Source of the DNA: Alkalilimnicola ehrlichii MLHE-1
GTDB taxonomy: Bacteria > Pseudomonadota > Gammaproteobacteria > Nitrococcales > Halorhodospiraceae
NCBI RefSeq assembly: GCF_000014785.1
Contig: NC_008340.1
Location: forward strand, 210,001 to 242,000
Direction: 5' to 3'
DNA length: 32,000 bases
Position 1 is the stretch's first letter; each line of letters begins with the position of its first letter. Below, one piece after another: positions 17,793-29,875 of this stretch. Both the position numbers and the translations under genes were made by a program. The notes below the pieces were generated by a model. It did not search any database. It worked only from the letters and a program-made list of their open reading frames with translations, and was not told the origin of the DNA.

Positions 17793-19226
17793 CTAGAGCG
17801 CCCAGCGGTGGACGGGTTCCCCGGTCTGCTGGTGGCGGAGCATTGCCTGTACCAGTGCCGGGGCGTTAGGGCCGTGGCGGTGCCACCAAGCGCGCTGCCA
17901 AGCGGCCCCGGTACGGCCGCTGGTCACCCGCTCGCGGATGAGCCCCAGCCAGTGGCGGATCTCGTCGCCGGCCACGTCCTGGTGCTCCAGGCCCACCCGG
18001 GCCAGTGGCAGCAGTTCCTCCAGGATGAGCTCCCTCAGCGGCCCCTGGCGCTGGCCCAGCCAGGTGACCGTGGCGTCCAGGCCGTGGCGGGCGGCGCTGT
18101 AGAAATTGGCCTCGGCGGTGACGAAGGGCAGGCGCCCCTCCAATTCCGGCTCCTTGAGCAGCAGCCCGTGCACCAGACCATAGAAGAAGGCGGCGTTGGC
18201 CACCACGTCGGCCAGGGTGGGCCCGGCGGCCATCACCCGGTGCTCAATGCGTAGGTGGGGGTCGTGCCCGCCGTGCGGTTCCACCAGCGGGCGGTTCCAG
18301 CGCCAGATGGTGCCGTTGTGCAGCCGCAGGTGGGCCAGGTCCTCCGGCGGGGCGTCCTGGAGCACCGGCAGCAGCACCGGGAAGTGCTGGCGGTTCTCCA
18401 CAAACCAGCCGTAGAGGGCATCCCGGGCATAGCCGCTGCCGAAGCCCACCCGGGCCAGGGGGCCGGCATGGCCACCGTGCAGGGGGGTCACCGCGACCGC
18501 CTGTTCGAACAACGGGATGCGGGTCTCGGCCCAGAGCAGGTGGTCGAACAGCAGCGGTGAATTGGCGGCGGTGCCCACGGTGGCGGCGGAGGCGGCCACC
18601 GCGGCGTTAAACAGCCGGTGGGCGTTGCCGGGACTGACCTGCAGATGCAGTTGCAGGGAGGTGGCAGCGGACTCCAGCATCACGTCCGGGTGGTCCAGAG
18701 TGATGTGCTCCTCGCCGCGGATGTCCAGGTGGATCGGGCGCCGGTTGCGCAGGGCCAGGACCTGCTCGTTCAGCGCCTGGTAGCGCTTTAGGCCGGACAT
18801 GGCCGCCACCGAGAGATCCGCCTCACGCACCGAGGGCAGGATGCCCACCAGCGTGGGCTGGCACTGCTGACCCCGGGCGGCCTCGCGCAGCCGGGCCCAG
18901 CGCTGCTCCAGCACCCCGGCCAGCTCGCTGAACGGCCGTCCCGGCAGGGCGACGGGATCGGTGTTGAGCTCCAGGTTGTAGCGCGCCAGCTCGGTCTCCA
19001 GGTGCGGGTCATTGCACTGCCGGATGACCTCCTCGTTGCGTGGGGTCGGCAACCCCTGGTCATCCACCAGCCAGGCCTCCAGCTCCAGCCCGATGCGTGC
19101 CGGCTCGTCCCGGAAGCGGCCCTCCTGCAGCCACTGCTTGAGCAGGGCGGTCTCCTCCTTGAGGCGGCGGGAAAAGCGGTGGAAGTGCTCCGGCGTGAAG
19201 TGGGTCTCGTCGATCTCCTGGCCCAT
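17793..19226 (-). CDS. Glutamate-cysteine ligase family 2 (GCS2/YbdK-like) carboxylate-amine ligase
   Basis: 477 aa. IGLELEAWLVD, NLELNT, SLQLHLQV, IWRWNRP and RIEHRVMAAGPT resemble conserved GCS2 blocks. Strong SD (GGAGAGGAG) before the ATG. Confidence 0.75.
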   Translation of the reverse strand: MGQEIDETHFTPEHFHRFSRRLKEETALLKQWLQEGRFRDEPARIGLELEAWLVDDQGLPTPRNEEVIRQCNDPHLETELARYNLELNTDPVALPGRPFSELAGVLEQRWARLREAARGQQCQPTLVGILPSVREADLSVAAMSGLKRYQALNEQVLALRNRRPIHLDIRGEEHITLDHPDVMLESAATSLQLHLQVSPGNAHRLFNAAVAASAATVGTAANSPLLFDHLLWAETRIPLFEQAVAVTPLHGGHAGPLARVGFGSGYARDALYGWFVENRQHFPVLLPVLQDAPPEDLAHLRLHNGTIWRWNRPLVEPHGGHDPHLRIEHRVMAAGPTLADVVANAAFFYGLVHGLLLKEPELEGRLPFVTAEANFYSAARHGLDATVTWLGQRQGPLRELILEELLPLARVGLEHQDVAGDEIRHWLGLIRERVTSGRTGAAWQRAWWHRHGPNAPALVQAMLRHQQTGEPVHRWAL

Positions 19227-19265
19227 GCTTGCTCCTCTCCGGGCCGCCAGTGCGCCCCGTCGGCG

Positions 19266-20944
<1,679 letters not shown>

Positions 20945-21036
20945 GGGTCTCGGTCGCTGATTGGGCAGGCCTTATTCGGCGTCATCCCCTCGCAAAATGC
21001 AAGCCTGCCAGCCGCCCATGCTGCGCTGCAATGGGC

Positions 21037-21064
21037 ATGACATGACGGGATTAGCGGTTACAAT
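21037..21064 (+). promoter_or_regulatory. Candidate sigma70 promoter for lptD
   Basis: ATGACA (21037-21042), 16-nt spacer, TACAAT (21059-21064). Lies 28 nt upstream of the GTG start. Confidence 0.4.
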
Positions 21065-21091
21065 GCGGGCTTGTCGGCCGGATAAAAGCCC

Positions 21092-23365
21092 GTGAGACGT
21101 CTGATTCCCATTGCCATTACCGGTTCCCTGCTGTGGGGGGCGGCGGTCCAGGCCCAGGGGCCCACCGCCGCCGAGCGCGAGGCCTACTTCGCCGAGCGCC
21201 AGCGGGCCCTGTGTGGCCCACCGCTGGTGATGCCGCTGGATGCGGTGGACACCGCCCTGCGCCACCGGCCCGAGACCCCTGCCACCGTGGATGCGGACGC
21301 TATTTACTACGATGGTGCGGCCGGGCGGTACCGCTTCCGTGGCGATGTCCTGATGCAGCGCCTGGATCAGCGGCTGCGCAGCGAGGAGGTGCGCTACGAT
21401 CACGCGAGCGGTCGGGTCGATCTGCCCTTCCCCTTCGTGTACGAGGAGGCCGGGCTGGCGCTGACCGGCGAGAGCGGCTGGCTGCAGTTGCGCGAGGACC
21501 GCGGCGAGGTGGTGGCCGGCGAGTTCATGCTGGATGAGCGCAACATCCGCGGGCGGGCCGAGCGGCTGGAACTGGCGGACGCCCAGCGCTCCCGTTACGA
21601 GGATGTGGGCTACACTACCTGCCGGCCCGGTAACGAGGACTGGTGGCTGCAGGCCCGCGAGCTGGAGCTGGATCGCGAGGAGGGGCTGGGTACGGCCCGC
21701 CACGCCTGGTTCACCTTCCTCAACGTGCCGTTGTTCTACACCCCCTGGATCACCTTCCCCATCGACGACCGGCGCCGGACCGGGTTGCTGGCGCCGGGGT
21801 TTGCCACCTCGGACCGCCATGGCACGGACATCACCGTGCCCGTCTATTGGAACATCGCCCCCAACTACGACGCCACCCTGGTGCCGCGCTGGATCGAGCG
21901 CCGTGGCGCCCTTCTGGGTGGTGAGTTCCGCTACCTGCAGGAGGCCTTCTCCGGCGAGCTCTACGGTGAATACCTGCCCAATGACAGCCTCGCCCGGGAC
22001 GACCGCTGGCTGCTCGGCATCGACCACCGGGGGCGGTTGCCCCGGGGCTGGCGCTATGACGCCGATATCAACCGGGCCAGCGACGGCGACTACCTGCGGG
22101 ATTTCGGCAGTGGCCTGCTGGAGACCAGCTCCAGTCACCTGCAGAGCCGGGGGCGCCTGCGCAATCGCTGGAACGACTGGGCGGTGGCGGCCGAGGTCCA
22201 GCACTGGCAGACCCTGGACGACGACCTGCGCAATCCCTACCGGCGCGAGCCGCGCCTGACCGCGGACTACCAGGGCCCCTTCCGTGCCGGGCAACCGCGC
22301 TACCGGCTGAACACCGAATACACCCGCTTCGCCCTGCCCGACACCGATGCCGACCGGCCCGAGGGTGAGCGCATGGACATTGCTCCGCGGGTGGAGTGGC
22401 GGTTGCACCGGCCCTGGGGCTATCTGACACCGGCGGCCGCGCTGCGCCACACCCAGTACCGGCTGGACGACCCGGTACCGGGCGCGGACGACCGCAGCCC
22501 CCGGCGCACCGTGCCCACCTTCAGTGTCGACTCCGGTCTGTTCTTCGATCGCCCCTTCGACTGGGACGGACGCCCCATGGTGCAGACCCTGGAGCCACGG
22601 GTGTTCTACGTCTACACCCCGGAGCGCCGGCAGGACGACCTGCCGGTGTTCGACACCTCCCGCCGGGATTTCTTCTTTGATGGCCTGTTTCGCGAGGACC
22701 GCTTCAGTGGCGCCGACCGGGTGGGGGATGCCGACCAGGTCACCGTCGCACTGACCACCCGCTTCGTCGACCTGGGGGGCGGTCGGGAGTGGCTGCGTGC
22801 CAGCCTCGGCCAGATCCATTACCGGCGCGACCGCCAGGTGACGTTGTTCCCCGAGACCGACCGCGCGGCGGACCGGCGTAGTCGGTCCGATTATATGGCC
22901 GAGATGCGTAGCGAGTTACCGGGCGGGGTGCTGGCCCAGGGCGAGTACCGGTACAATCCCTATGACAGCCGCTCCGAGCAGGGGGCGTTCCGGCTGGGCT
23001 GGCACCCGCGGCCGGACCTGTTGGTTGGCGCCGGCTACCGGATGCGCTACGGCGATGAGGGCCGGGACGTGGAACAATCGGACCTGGCCGCGGTCATCCC
23101 GTTGGGCCCCCGTTTCAGTCTGATCGGCCGTTGGCTCTATTCCCTCGCCGACGACAACAGCCTGGAGACCGTCGGTGGGCTGGAGTACCGGACCTGCTGC
23201 TGGCGGGTGCGGGCCATGGGCCGGCGCAGTTTCGAGGGGGCCGGCGCCGAGCCGGACACCTCTATTATGCTGCAGTTCGAGTTCACCGGCCTGGGGCAGG
23301 TGGACTCGGGCAGCACCGATTTCCTGCAGGACAGCATCTACGGCTATGAGGGCGACCGCTTTTGA
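21092..23365 (+). CDS. lptD: LPS-assembly outer-membrane protein LptD
   Basis: 757 aa. Signal peptide (IAITGSLLWGAAVQAQG) and a large beta-barrel-type sequence ending in an aromatic residue (..GYEGDRF). Followed by surA-pdxA. The GTG start is uncertain. Confidence 0.9.
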   Translation: MRRLIPIAITGSLLWGAAVQAQGPTAAEREAYFAERQRALCGPPLVMPLDAVDTALRHRPETPATVDADAIYYDGAAGRYRFRGDVLMQRLDQRLRSEEVRYDHASGRVDLPFPFVYEEAGLALTGESGWLQLREDRGEVVAGEFMLDERNIRGRAERLELADAQRSRYEDVGYTTCRPGNEDWWLQARELELDREEGLGTARHAWFTFLNVPLFYTPWITFPIDDRRRTGLLAPGFATSDRHGTDITVPVYWNIAPNYDATLVPRWIERRGALLGGEFRYLQEAFSGELYGEYLPNDSLARDDRWLLGIDHRGRLPRGWRYDADINRASDGDYLRDFGSGLLETSSSHLQSRGRLRNRWNDWAVAAEVQHWQTLDDDLRNPYRREPRLTADYQGPFRAGQPRYRLNTEYTRFALPDTDADRPEGERMDIAPRVEWRLHRPWGYLTPAAALRHTQYRLDDPVPGADDRSPRRTVPTFSVDSGLFFDRPFDWDGRPMVQTLEPRVFYVYTPERRQDDLPVFDTSRRDFFFDGLFREDRFSGADRVGDADQVTVALTTRFVDLGGGREWLRASLGQIHYRRDRQVTLFPETDRAADRRSRSDYMAEMRSELPGGVLAQGEYRYNPYDSRSEQGAFRLGWHPRPDLLVGAGYRMRYGDEGRDVEQSDLAAVIPLGPRFSLIGRWLYSLADDNSLETVGGLEYRTCCWRVRAMGRRSFEGAGAEPDTSIMLQFEFTGLGQVDSGSTDFLQDSIYGYEGDRF

Positions 23366-23385
23366 CGCCCGGGATTGAGAGGAAC

Positions 23386-24687
23386 ATGACCGCAATCACC
23401 CGCATCACCCTGACCGGCGCGCTGCTCGCCGCCGCCCTGCTGCTGGCGGCCCTGCAGCCGGCGCGGGCCGAGACCCTCGACCGCATCGTCGCCGTGGTCG
23501 ACGACCAAGTGGTCCTGGCCTCCGAGCTGGAACGGGAGCTGGCCACCATCGCCAACCAGTTGCGCAGCCGGGGCCAGCGCCTGCCGCCCCGGGACGTCTT
23601 CCAGCGCCAGGTCCTGGAGCGGCTGATCACCCAGCGGGTGCAGCTCTCGCGGGCCCAGCGGGTGGGGATTACCGTGGATGACGCCACCCTGGACGCGGCC
23701 ATGCAGCGCATGGCACGGCAGAACAACATGACCCTGGGCCAGTTCCGCCAGGCGGTGGAGCAGGAGGGCTTCGAGTACAACTACTTCCGCGAGGGGATCC
23801 GCGAGGAGATTGCCATCAGCCGCCTGCGCCAGGCCCAGGTGGAGGAGCAGGTGACGGTCACCCCGCAAGAGGTGGAGGAGGTGCTGGAGACGTTGGACGA
23901 TGAGAACCAGGAGTACCGCCTCGGCCACATCCTGGTCGCGACGCCGGAGGCGGCCTCGACCGCCCAGTTGGAGGAGGCGCGGGAGCGGATCGAGCAACTG
24001 CGCGAGCAGATTATCGCCGGCGAGACCGATTTCGAGGGCGCGGCCACCGCCTTCTCCGATGCCGCCTCCGCCATGGAGGGGGGCGACCTGGGCTGGCGGT
24101 TGCACAGCCAGTTGCCGAGCCTGTTCGCCGAGGCGATTGATGAGGGCTTGCAGGCCGGCGAGGTCAGCGGGGTATTGCAGAACAGCAGCGGTTTTCACCT
24201 GGTCAAGCTGATGGACCAGCGCACCCAGGGCGGCGAGCGGGTCACCGAAACCCGGGCCCGGCACATCCTCATCCGGACCGATGGCGACGTGATCACCGAC
24301 GAGGACGCCCGCCTTCGGCTACGTAGCCTGCTGGAGCGCATTGAGGCGGGTGAGTCCTTCGCGGAACTGGCGGAGGCGTACTCCGAGGATCCGGGCAGTG
24401 CGGCCCGGGGCGGGGATCTGGGCTGGACCCAGCCCGGCCAGTTGGTGCCGGAGTTCCAAGGGGCCATGGATGCCCTGGAGGAGGGCCAGATCAGCGCCCC
24501 CTTCGCCTCCCCCTTCGGCTGGCACATCGTGCAGGTCACCGATCGGCGGGAGCGCGATGTCAGCCGCGAGCGCCTGCGCGACCAGCTGGCCCAGCAGATC
24601 CACCAGCGCAAGGTGGAGGAGGCGTTCGAGCAGTGGATCCGCCGCCTGCGCGATGAGGCGTACGTGGATGTGAGGGTCGAGCTTTGA
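23386..24687 (+). CDS. surA: Periplasmic chaperone / PPIase SurA
   Basis: Signal peptide, then [21 protein letters not shown] (SurA N-domain) and two parvulin motifs (GGDLGWRL.., [16 protein letters not shown]). ATG 23386 is preceded by GAGAGGA. Confidence 0.92.
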   Translation: MTAITRITLTGALLAAALLLAALQPARAETLDRIVAVVDDQVVLASELERELATIANQLRSRGQRLPPRDVFQRQVLERLITQRVQLSRAQRVGITVDDATLDAAMQRMARQNNMTLGQFRQAVEQEGFEYNYFREGIREEIAISRLRQAQVEEQVTVTPQEVEEVLETLDDENQEYRLGHILVATPEAASTAQLEEARERIEQLREQIIAGETDFEGAATAFSDAASAMEGGDLGWRLHSQLPSLFAEAIDEGLQAGEVSGVLQNSSGFHLVKLMDQRTQGGERVTETRARHILIRTDGDVITDEDARLRLRSLLERIEAGESFAELAEAYSEDPGSAARGGDLGWTQPGQLVPEFQGAMDALEEGQISAPFASPFGWHIVQVTDRRERDVSRERLRDQLAQQIHQRKVEEAFEQWIRRLRDEAYVDVRVEL

Positions 24688-25679
24688 GCCTGCCGCGGCT
24701 GGCCCTTACCGCCGGCGAGCCGGCCGGTATCGGGCCTGATCTCTGCCTGATGGTCGCCGCGGAGCCGCTGGCGGCCTCGCTGGTGGTGCTTGGCGACCCG
24801 CAATTGCTGCGGGCGCGTGCTGCCCTGCTGGGGCTTGAGGTGCGTATCGAGCCGGTGGAGAGCGCGCCTGCCGGCCCCCACCGGCCGGGGGTGCTGCCGG
24901 TACTGCCGGTCCCGATGGCGGGGGCCCGGGAGCCCGGCCGGCTGGACACCCGCAACGCCGATCACGTGCTGGCCCTGTTGGAGCGCGCCGCCCGGGGCTG
25001 TCTGAGCGGTGAGTTCGACGCCGTGGTCACCGCCCCGGTGCACAAGGGCGTGATCAACGAGGCCGGCCATCCCTTCAGCGGCCACACCGAATTCTTCGCC
25101 GAGCGGACCGGAGGCCAATTGCCGGTGATGATGCTGGCCGCGGACACCCTGCGCGTGGCCCTGGTGACCACCCACCTGCCGCTGCGGGCCGTCGCCGACG
25201 CCATCACCCCCGAGCGCCTGGAGCGGGTCATCACTACCCTGGCGCACGACTTGGAGGCCCGCTTCGGCATTCGCCGGCCCTGTATCCGGGTGTGCGGCCT
25301 GAACCCCCACGCCGGAGAGGGCGGGCACCTGGGGCGCGAGGAGATCGAGGTCATCGAGCCGGTGCTGGAGCGGCTCCGCGGCCAGGGGCTCGACCTCGAC
25401 GGACCGCTGCCCGCGGACACGGCCTTTACCCCGCGCCACCTCCAGGGGGCCGACGCCGTGCTGGCCATGTACCACGATCAGGGGCTGCCCGTACTCAAGC
25501 ATGCGGGCTTCGGCCGGGCGGTGAATATCACCCTGGGCCTGCCCATCATCCGTACCTCGGTGGACCATGGCACGGCGCTGGACCTGGCGGGCACCGGGCG
25601 GGCCGAGCCGGGCAGTCTGCTGGAGGCGCTGGAGCAGGCGCGGCGGATGGCCGGGGCCAGCCGCCGCGCGGTCGTCTAG
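24684..25679 (+). CDS. pdxA: 4-hydroxythreonine-4-phosphate dehydrogenase PdxA
   Basis: [53 protein letters not shown]. Apparent TTG start overlapping the surA stop. Confidence 0.93.
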   Translation: MSLPRLALTAGEPAGIGPDLCLMVAAEPLAASLVVLGDPQLLRARAALLGLEVRIEPVESAPAGPHRPGVLPVLPVPMAGAREPGRLDTRNADHVLALLERAARGCLSGEFDAVVTAPVHKGVINEAGHPFSGHTEFFAERTGGQLPVMMLAADTLRVALVTTHLPLRAVADAITPERLERVITTLAHDLEARFGIRRPCIRVCGLNPHAGEGGHLGREEIEVIEPVLERLRGQGLDLDGPLPADTAFTPRHLQGADAVLAMYHDQGLPVLKHAGFGRAVNITLGLPIIRTSVDHGTALDLAGTGRAEPGSLLEALEQARRMAGASRRAVV

Positions 25680-25689
25680 CGCCGCCGGT

Positions 25690-25929
25690 TCATCCGCCGC
25701 TCACCGGTGGCAGCAAAACCAGGGTGTCGTCCGGCTTCAACGCCGTCTCCCGGCTCACCAGCTCGTCGCCCACGGCGTAGGCCACCCGCTCCAGGTGGGG
25801 CGCCAGCTCCGGCTTTTCTGCGGTGAGGGCGGTCAGGGCATCGGCCACCGTGGCCCCCTCGTCCAGGGTCAGGGTCATGCGCGGCTGGCCCATGACCTCT
25901 TCCAGAATCCCGTAAAACTCTACTTGCAC
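25690..25929 (-). CDS. MoaD/ThiS-family ubiquitin-like sulfur-carrier protein (C-terminal GG)
   Basis: 79 aa, ends ..DDTLVLLPPVSGG like MoaD. GTG start. No moaE, thiF/moeB or thiG neighbour in the window. Confidence 0.7.
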   Translation of the reverse strand: MQVEFYGILEEVMGQPRMTLTLDEGATVADALTALTAEKPELAPHLERVAYAVGDELVSRETALKPDDTLVLLPPVSGG

Positions 25930-25945
25930 GTCGCGTTCACCCGAA

Positions 25946-27244
25946 TCAGTCGTGTTTCACATGTATGTTACGGCAATGGGTCTCGTGGAGCAGCAGGGAG
26001 GCGGCCAGGGCCAGCGCGGCAAAGGCGCACAGCAGCACCAGCCCCCCCTGGTATTCCGCGACGCCGTAGTCGCTGCGCCCGGCGGCGAGCAGTAACAGGT
26101 CCATGATCCAGCCGAAGATGGGCTGAAACAAGGCCGCGCCCAGGAATAGCCCGGTGTTGACGAAGGCGATGCCCATGCCGGCCAGGGCCGGCGCGGTCAC
26201 CTCCTTGGCGTGGGCGTAGGCCACCACGAAGCAACCGGCGGACAGCCCCAGCGCCACGAACAGCGCCATGGCCAGCGGCCCGGGGCCCCAGGGCAGCAGC
26301 CACAACCCCAGGCAGACGGCGAAATAGACCACCGCCCCGCCGATCAGTACCGGCCGGCGCCGGCCCACCCGGTCCGAGTACATCCCCGCCACCAGGCAAC
26401 CGATGGCGAAGGCGACCGTGGCCAGGGTCGGATAGAGCGAGGCGGCGCTGCGGTCCAGCTCGTGCAGGTCGCGCAGCAGCGGTACCGCCCATAGCCCCAC
26501 GAAGCCGAAGAAACTGCCGGTGATGCCGAAATCGTACACGGCCCCGGGCCAAAGCTTGCGGTTGGCGAACACCGCCCGCAGGTCCTTCAGCCAGTGCTGG
26601 TCGCGGGCGGCGTGGGCGGTCTTGCCCTCCATCTCCCGCACCGATGGGAAGCCCGCATCCTCGGGCTTGTTATAGACCTTCAACCAGGTGGCCACCGCCA
26701 GCACGATGGAGAATACCCCCAGGGCGACGAACACCGTACGCCAGTCGTAGTGGTCCAGCACCAGGGCCAGCGGCCCGGTGGCGGCGATGGCCCCGGCATT
26801 GCCCAGCAACAGGGTCAGACCGCTGATGGAGCCGTACTGGCGTTCGCTGAACCAGACGCTGTTGCTCTTCATCAGCCCGACGAAGACGGTGGAGACCCCC
26901 AGCCCCACCAGGAAGCGGCCCACGCTGGCCATGGCGAAGGTGTCCGCCAGGCCGAACAGGATCGAGCCCACGCCCGCCACCAGGCTGCCCGCCAACACCG
27001 CCCAGCGTGACCCGAGGGTATCCGCCAGTACCCCGGAGGGGATCTGCATGGCGGTGTAGATGTAGTAGTACATCGCCGCCAGCGAGCCGAGGGCGGCGGC
27101 GCTGGTGCCAAAGGCCTCGGTAAGGTCACCGGAGACTGATCCCGGGGCCATACGGTGAAAAAACACCAGCATGTAGGCCAGGATCAGGATGATATAGATG
27201 GTCCAGCGGACCTGCTGGAAGTGGCGGTGGTCGTAAGCAGTCAA
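25946..27244 (-). CDS. MFS transporter (organic-anion / ACS-like type)
   Basis: 432 aa, ~12 TM. FFHRMAPGSVSGDL...YYYIYTAMQIPSGVLADTLGSRW and GRFLVGLGVS are MFS motifs. Confidence 0.8.
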   Translation of the reverse strand: MTAYDHRHFQQVRWTIYIILILAYMLVFFHRMAPGSVSGDLTEAFGTSAAALGSLAAMYYYIYTAMQIPSGVLADTLGSRWAVLAGSLVAGVGSILFGLADTFAMASVGRFLVGLGVSTVFVGLMKSNSVWFSERQYGSISGLTLLLGNAGAIAATGPLALVLDHYDWRTVFVALGVFSIVLAVATWLKVYNKPEDAGFPSVREMEGKTAHAARDQHWLKDLRAVFANRKLWPGAVYDFGITGSFFGFVGLWAVPLLRDLHELDRSAASLYPTLATVAFAIGCLVAGMYSDRVGRRRPVLIGGAVVYFAVCLGLWLLPWGPGPLAMALFVALGLSAGCFVVAYAHAKEVTAPALAGMGIAFVNTGLFLGAALFQPIFGWIMDLLLLAAGRSDYGVAEYQGGLVLLCAFAALALAASLLLHETHCRNIHVKHD

Positions 27245-27307
27245 ATTGGGTCCCCCAGCCTTTGTCGGGTTGTTATCGGCCGGCCCGGTGCCCGTGCCGG
27301 CGGGGGC

Positions 27308-28369
27308 TCAGACGATGGGCGGCTCCTCGGAGGGCGGGTAGTCGCCGTTCAGCCCCTCCTCGAATGCGGCCCACTGGGCCGCCACCCGTTCGGCGCGGGC
27401 GGCCTGATCGTATCGGGCCACGTGGTACAGCGCCTCGCCCTCGTTCACCAGCGGCAGGTTATTGCGGCCCACCACGATCCCGCTGAAGGGCGCATGGACG
27501 GGCAGCTCGCGCTCGCCGAAGGGGTCTGCAATATAACCCAGTACCTGCCTTTGTTTCACGTGGGTCCCGAGAGGGCTGACGGTGCGGAAGATGCCGTCTT
27601 GTTCGGCGCGCACCCATTGCGAGGCATTGGCGACATAGCTCTGGCGGGAGCCACCGGTGTGCCGCCCGCTCCGTGACGGCAGCATACCCAGACTGCGCAT
27701 CACCCGCACGGTGCCGGCCAGTCCGGCCTTGATGGCCGGCTCCTGGAAGCGCAGGGCCTCACCCGCCTCATAGGTGATCACCGGGATGCCGGCATCGTCC
27801 GCCACCGCCCGCAGGCTGCCCTCAATCAGCCCACTGTTCAGGGTGAGCGGCATGCCAAAGGCGCGGGCCATGGCGGCGGCTTCGGCATTCTCCAGGTTGA
27901 CCCGGATCTGGGGGAGGTTGTCCCGATGGATGGCGGCGGTGTGCAGGTCGATGACGTGGTTGCAGCGCTCGACGATCCCGGTGCGGAACAGGTAGGCGGT
28001 GCGGGCGCCCAGGGAGCCTCGCTCGCTGCCCGGGAAACAGCGGTTGAGATCGCGCCGGTCAGGCAGGTAGCGGGAGCGGTGGATGAACCCGAAGACGTTG
28101 ACGATGGGCACTGCCACCAGAGTGCCGGCCAGCTGGCGCAGGGCCGAGAGCTTGAGCAGCCGGCGGATGATCTCCACGCCGTTGATCTCGTCGCCGTGGA
28201 GCGCGGCACTGACCAGCAGCACCGGCCCCTCGCGTCGGCCGTGCACCACCTGCACCGGCATGTGCAGCTGGGTGTGGGTGTAGAGTTGGGCCAGCGGCAC
28301 ATCCACCGTGGCGCGCTGTCCGGGGCGGACCTCCGTGTCCAGGATGCGGAAGGGCGCCCGGCGCGCCAT
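27308..28369 (-). CDS. Succinylglutamate desuccinylase/aspartoacylase family zinc hydrolase (second paralog, HGDE type)
   Basis: 353 aa. VLLVSAALHGDEINGVEIIRRL, VIDLHTAAIHRDN. Its start lies 2 nt after the stop of the upstream LbH gene. Confidence 0.78.
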   Translation of the reverse strand: MARRAPFRILDTEVRPGQRATVDVPLAQLYTHTQLHMPVQVVHGRREGPVLLVSAALHGDEINGVEIIRRLLKLSALRQLAGTLVAVPIVNVFGFIHRSRYLPDRRDLNRCFPGSERGSLGARTAYLFRTGIVERCNHVIDLHTAAIHRDNLPQIRVNLENAEAAAMARAFGMPLTLNSGLIEGSLRAVADDAGIPVITYEAGEALRFQEPAIKAGLAGTVRVMRSLGMLPSRSGRHTGGSRQSYVANASQWVRAEQDGIFRTVSPLGTHVKQRQVLGYIADPFGERELPVHAPFSGIVVGRNNLPLVNEGEALYHVARYDQAARAERVAAQWAAFEEGLNGDYPPSEEPPIV

Positions 28370-28371
28370 GC

Positions 28372-28902
28372 CTACTCGCCGTCCCGGTGGCGGTTCTTCA
28401 CCTTCACGTAGTGGCGTGCGGAGTAGACCAGCTTCTCGCGTTCCTCGTCGGTGATCGGCCGGGCCGGCTTGGCCGGACTGCCCACGTACAGGTGCCCGCC
28501 CTCCAGCTTTTTGCCGGGCGGCACCAGGGCGCCGGCGGCGAGGATGCTCTCGTCACCGAGTTCCGCACCGTCCATGATGATGGCGCCCATGCCGATCAGG
28601 CAGCGGTCGCCCACGGTGCAGGCATGCACGATGGCCTTGTGGCCCACGGTGACGTCCTCACCAATGTGGGTGGCGAAGCCCCCCGGGCTGTAAGGCCCGT
28701 CGTGGGCGACATGGACCACGCTGCCGTCCTGGATGTTGCTGCGCTTGCCGATTCGGATGAACTGCACGTCACCGCGCACCACGGCCATCGGCCAGATGGA
28801 AACATCCTCTGCCAGGGTCACGTCGCCGATGACCACGGCGCTCTCGTCGATCCAGGCGGAGTCGGCGATGTCGGGGTAACGGCCCAGATAGTGGCGGATC
28901 AT
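28372..28902 (-). CDS. Gamma-carbonic-anhydrase-like left-handed beta-helix protein (YrdA/PaaY/CaiE family)
   Basis: 176 aa. IWPMAVVRGDVQFIRIGKRSNIQDGSVVHV plus hexapeptide repeats. Confidence 0.85.
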   Translation of the reverse strand: MIRHYLGRYPDIADSAWIDESAVVIGDVTLAEDVSIWPMAVVRGDVQFIRIGKRSNIQDGSVVHVAHDGPYSPGGFATHIGEDVTVGHKAIVHACTVGDRCLIGMGAIIMDGAELGDESILAAGALVPPGKKLEGGHLYVGSPAKPARPITDEEREKLVYSARHYVKVKNRHRDGE

Positions 28903-28964
28903 GTAGGTACCCTTTGCGTCTTACTCGGTGTGTGAGATCGGGCGGGTGTCGCGCTGGCCCTGCT

Positions 28965-29849
28965 CTAGATGACGACGGTCACCGGGCAGGGCGCGGTCTC
29001 CACCACCCGGTGGCTGACGCTGCCTATCAGCGCCTCGCCAAGCACGCCTCGGCCGTGCCGGCCCATGATCACCGTTGGTGACTGGTCCTGCCGCGCCCGG
29101 GCATGCTTCACGATGGCGTCCGATGGCCGCGCCGTGGTCAGCAGCGTCTCCTCCACCCCGGACGGTACCTTGCCCAGGGCCTCGCGGGCGCGGGCGAAGA
29201 TCGCCTCGGGCTTCTCGTCGCCCGGGTCGACCCCACCCCTCGGCTGGCAGAAGATCAGCTCCACCGGCACCGAGGCGTTACGTGCCATGTCGCCGGCCAG
29301 CGCGGCGGCCGCTTGGCTGTGCCCGGAGCCATCCACAGGTAGTAGGATCAGGCCCAAGCGCGCCGTGCCCTCATGCTCGGCATCGTCGTGGACCACGGTC
29401 ACCGGGCACTGCACCCGGTGCAGGATCTCGTTGCTGACACTGCCCTCCACCAGCTTGACCAAGTCGCTCATGTGGCGGGCCCCCAGCACCAGCAGGCAAT
29501 CGGACTGGCGGCGCACGTGATCGGCCACCACCCGGCCCGGGCGGTGGACCAGGCTTTCATCGTCCGGCTCGAGGGTGAGGCATTCCGGCTCCAGCGAGGG
29601 GTCGAGAATGGCGCGTGCCTTTTCGAACGCCTGCCGGGCGTTTTCGAGTTGCTCCGCCCGGTCCTGGTCGGTCTCCGGCTTGCGGTTGGCCGGCAGGTCG
29701 CTGAATTCGGCAGGGATGGGGGGCATGACATGCACCAGCTGCAGGCGCGCGTGCAGCACCTGCGCCAGCAACCCGGCATGGCCCGCGGCGGCCACGCACG
29801 CCGGCGAGCCGTCCACGGGCAGTATCACCAGGGCAACGCGTTCGCTCAT
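28965..29849 (-). CDS. Universal stress protein with tandem Usp domains
   Basis: 294 aa. Two halves, each ending in the Usp C-terminal motif (VQCPVTVVHDD and TAPCPVTVVI), with G-x2-G-x9-GS-like ATP-binding motifs (GARHMSDLVKLVEGSVS, GRHGRGVLGEALIGSVS). Confidence 0.85.
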   Translation of the reverse strand: MSERVALVILPVDGSPACVAAAGHAGLLAQVLHARLQLVHVMPPIPAEFSDLPANRKPETDQDRAEQLENARQAFEKARAILDPSLEPECLTLEPDDESLVHRPGRVVADHVRRQSDCLLVLGARHMSDLVKLVEGSVSNEILHRVQCPVTVVHDDAEHEGTARLGLILLPVDGSGHSQAAAALAGDMARNASVPVELIFCQPRGGVDPGDEKPEAIFARAREALGKVPSGVEETLLTTARPSDAIVKHARARQDQSPTVIMGRHGRGVLGEALIGSVSHRVVETAPCPVTVVI

Positions 29850-29875
29850 GGACCTTATCTCCCTGAGTGGTTATT

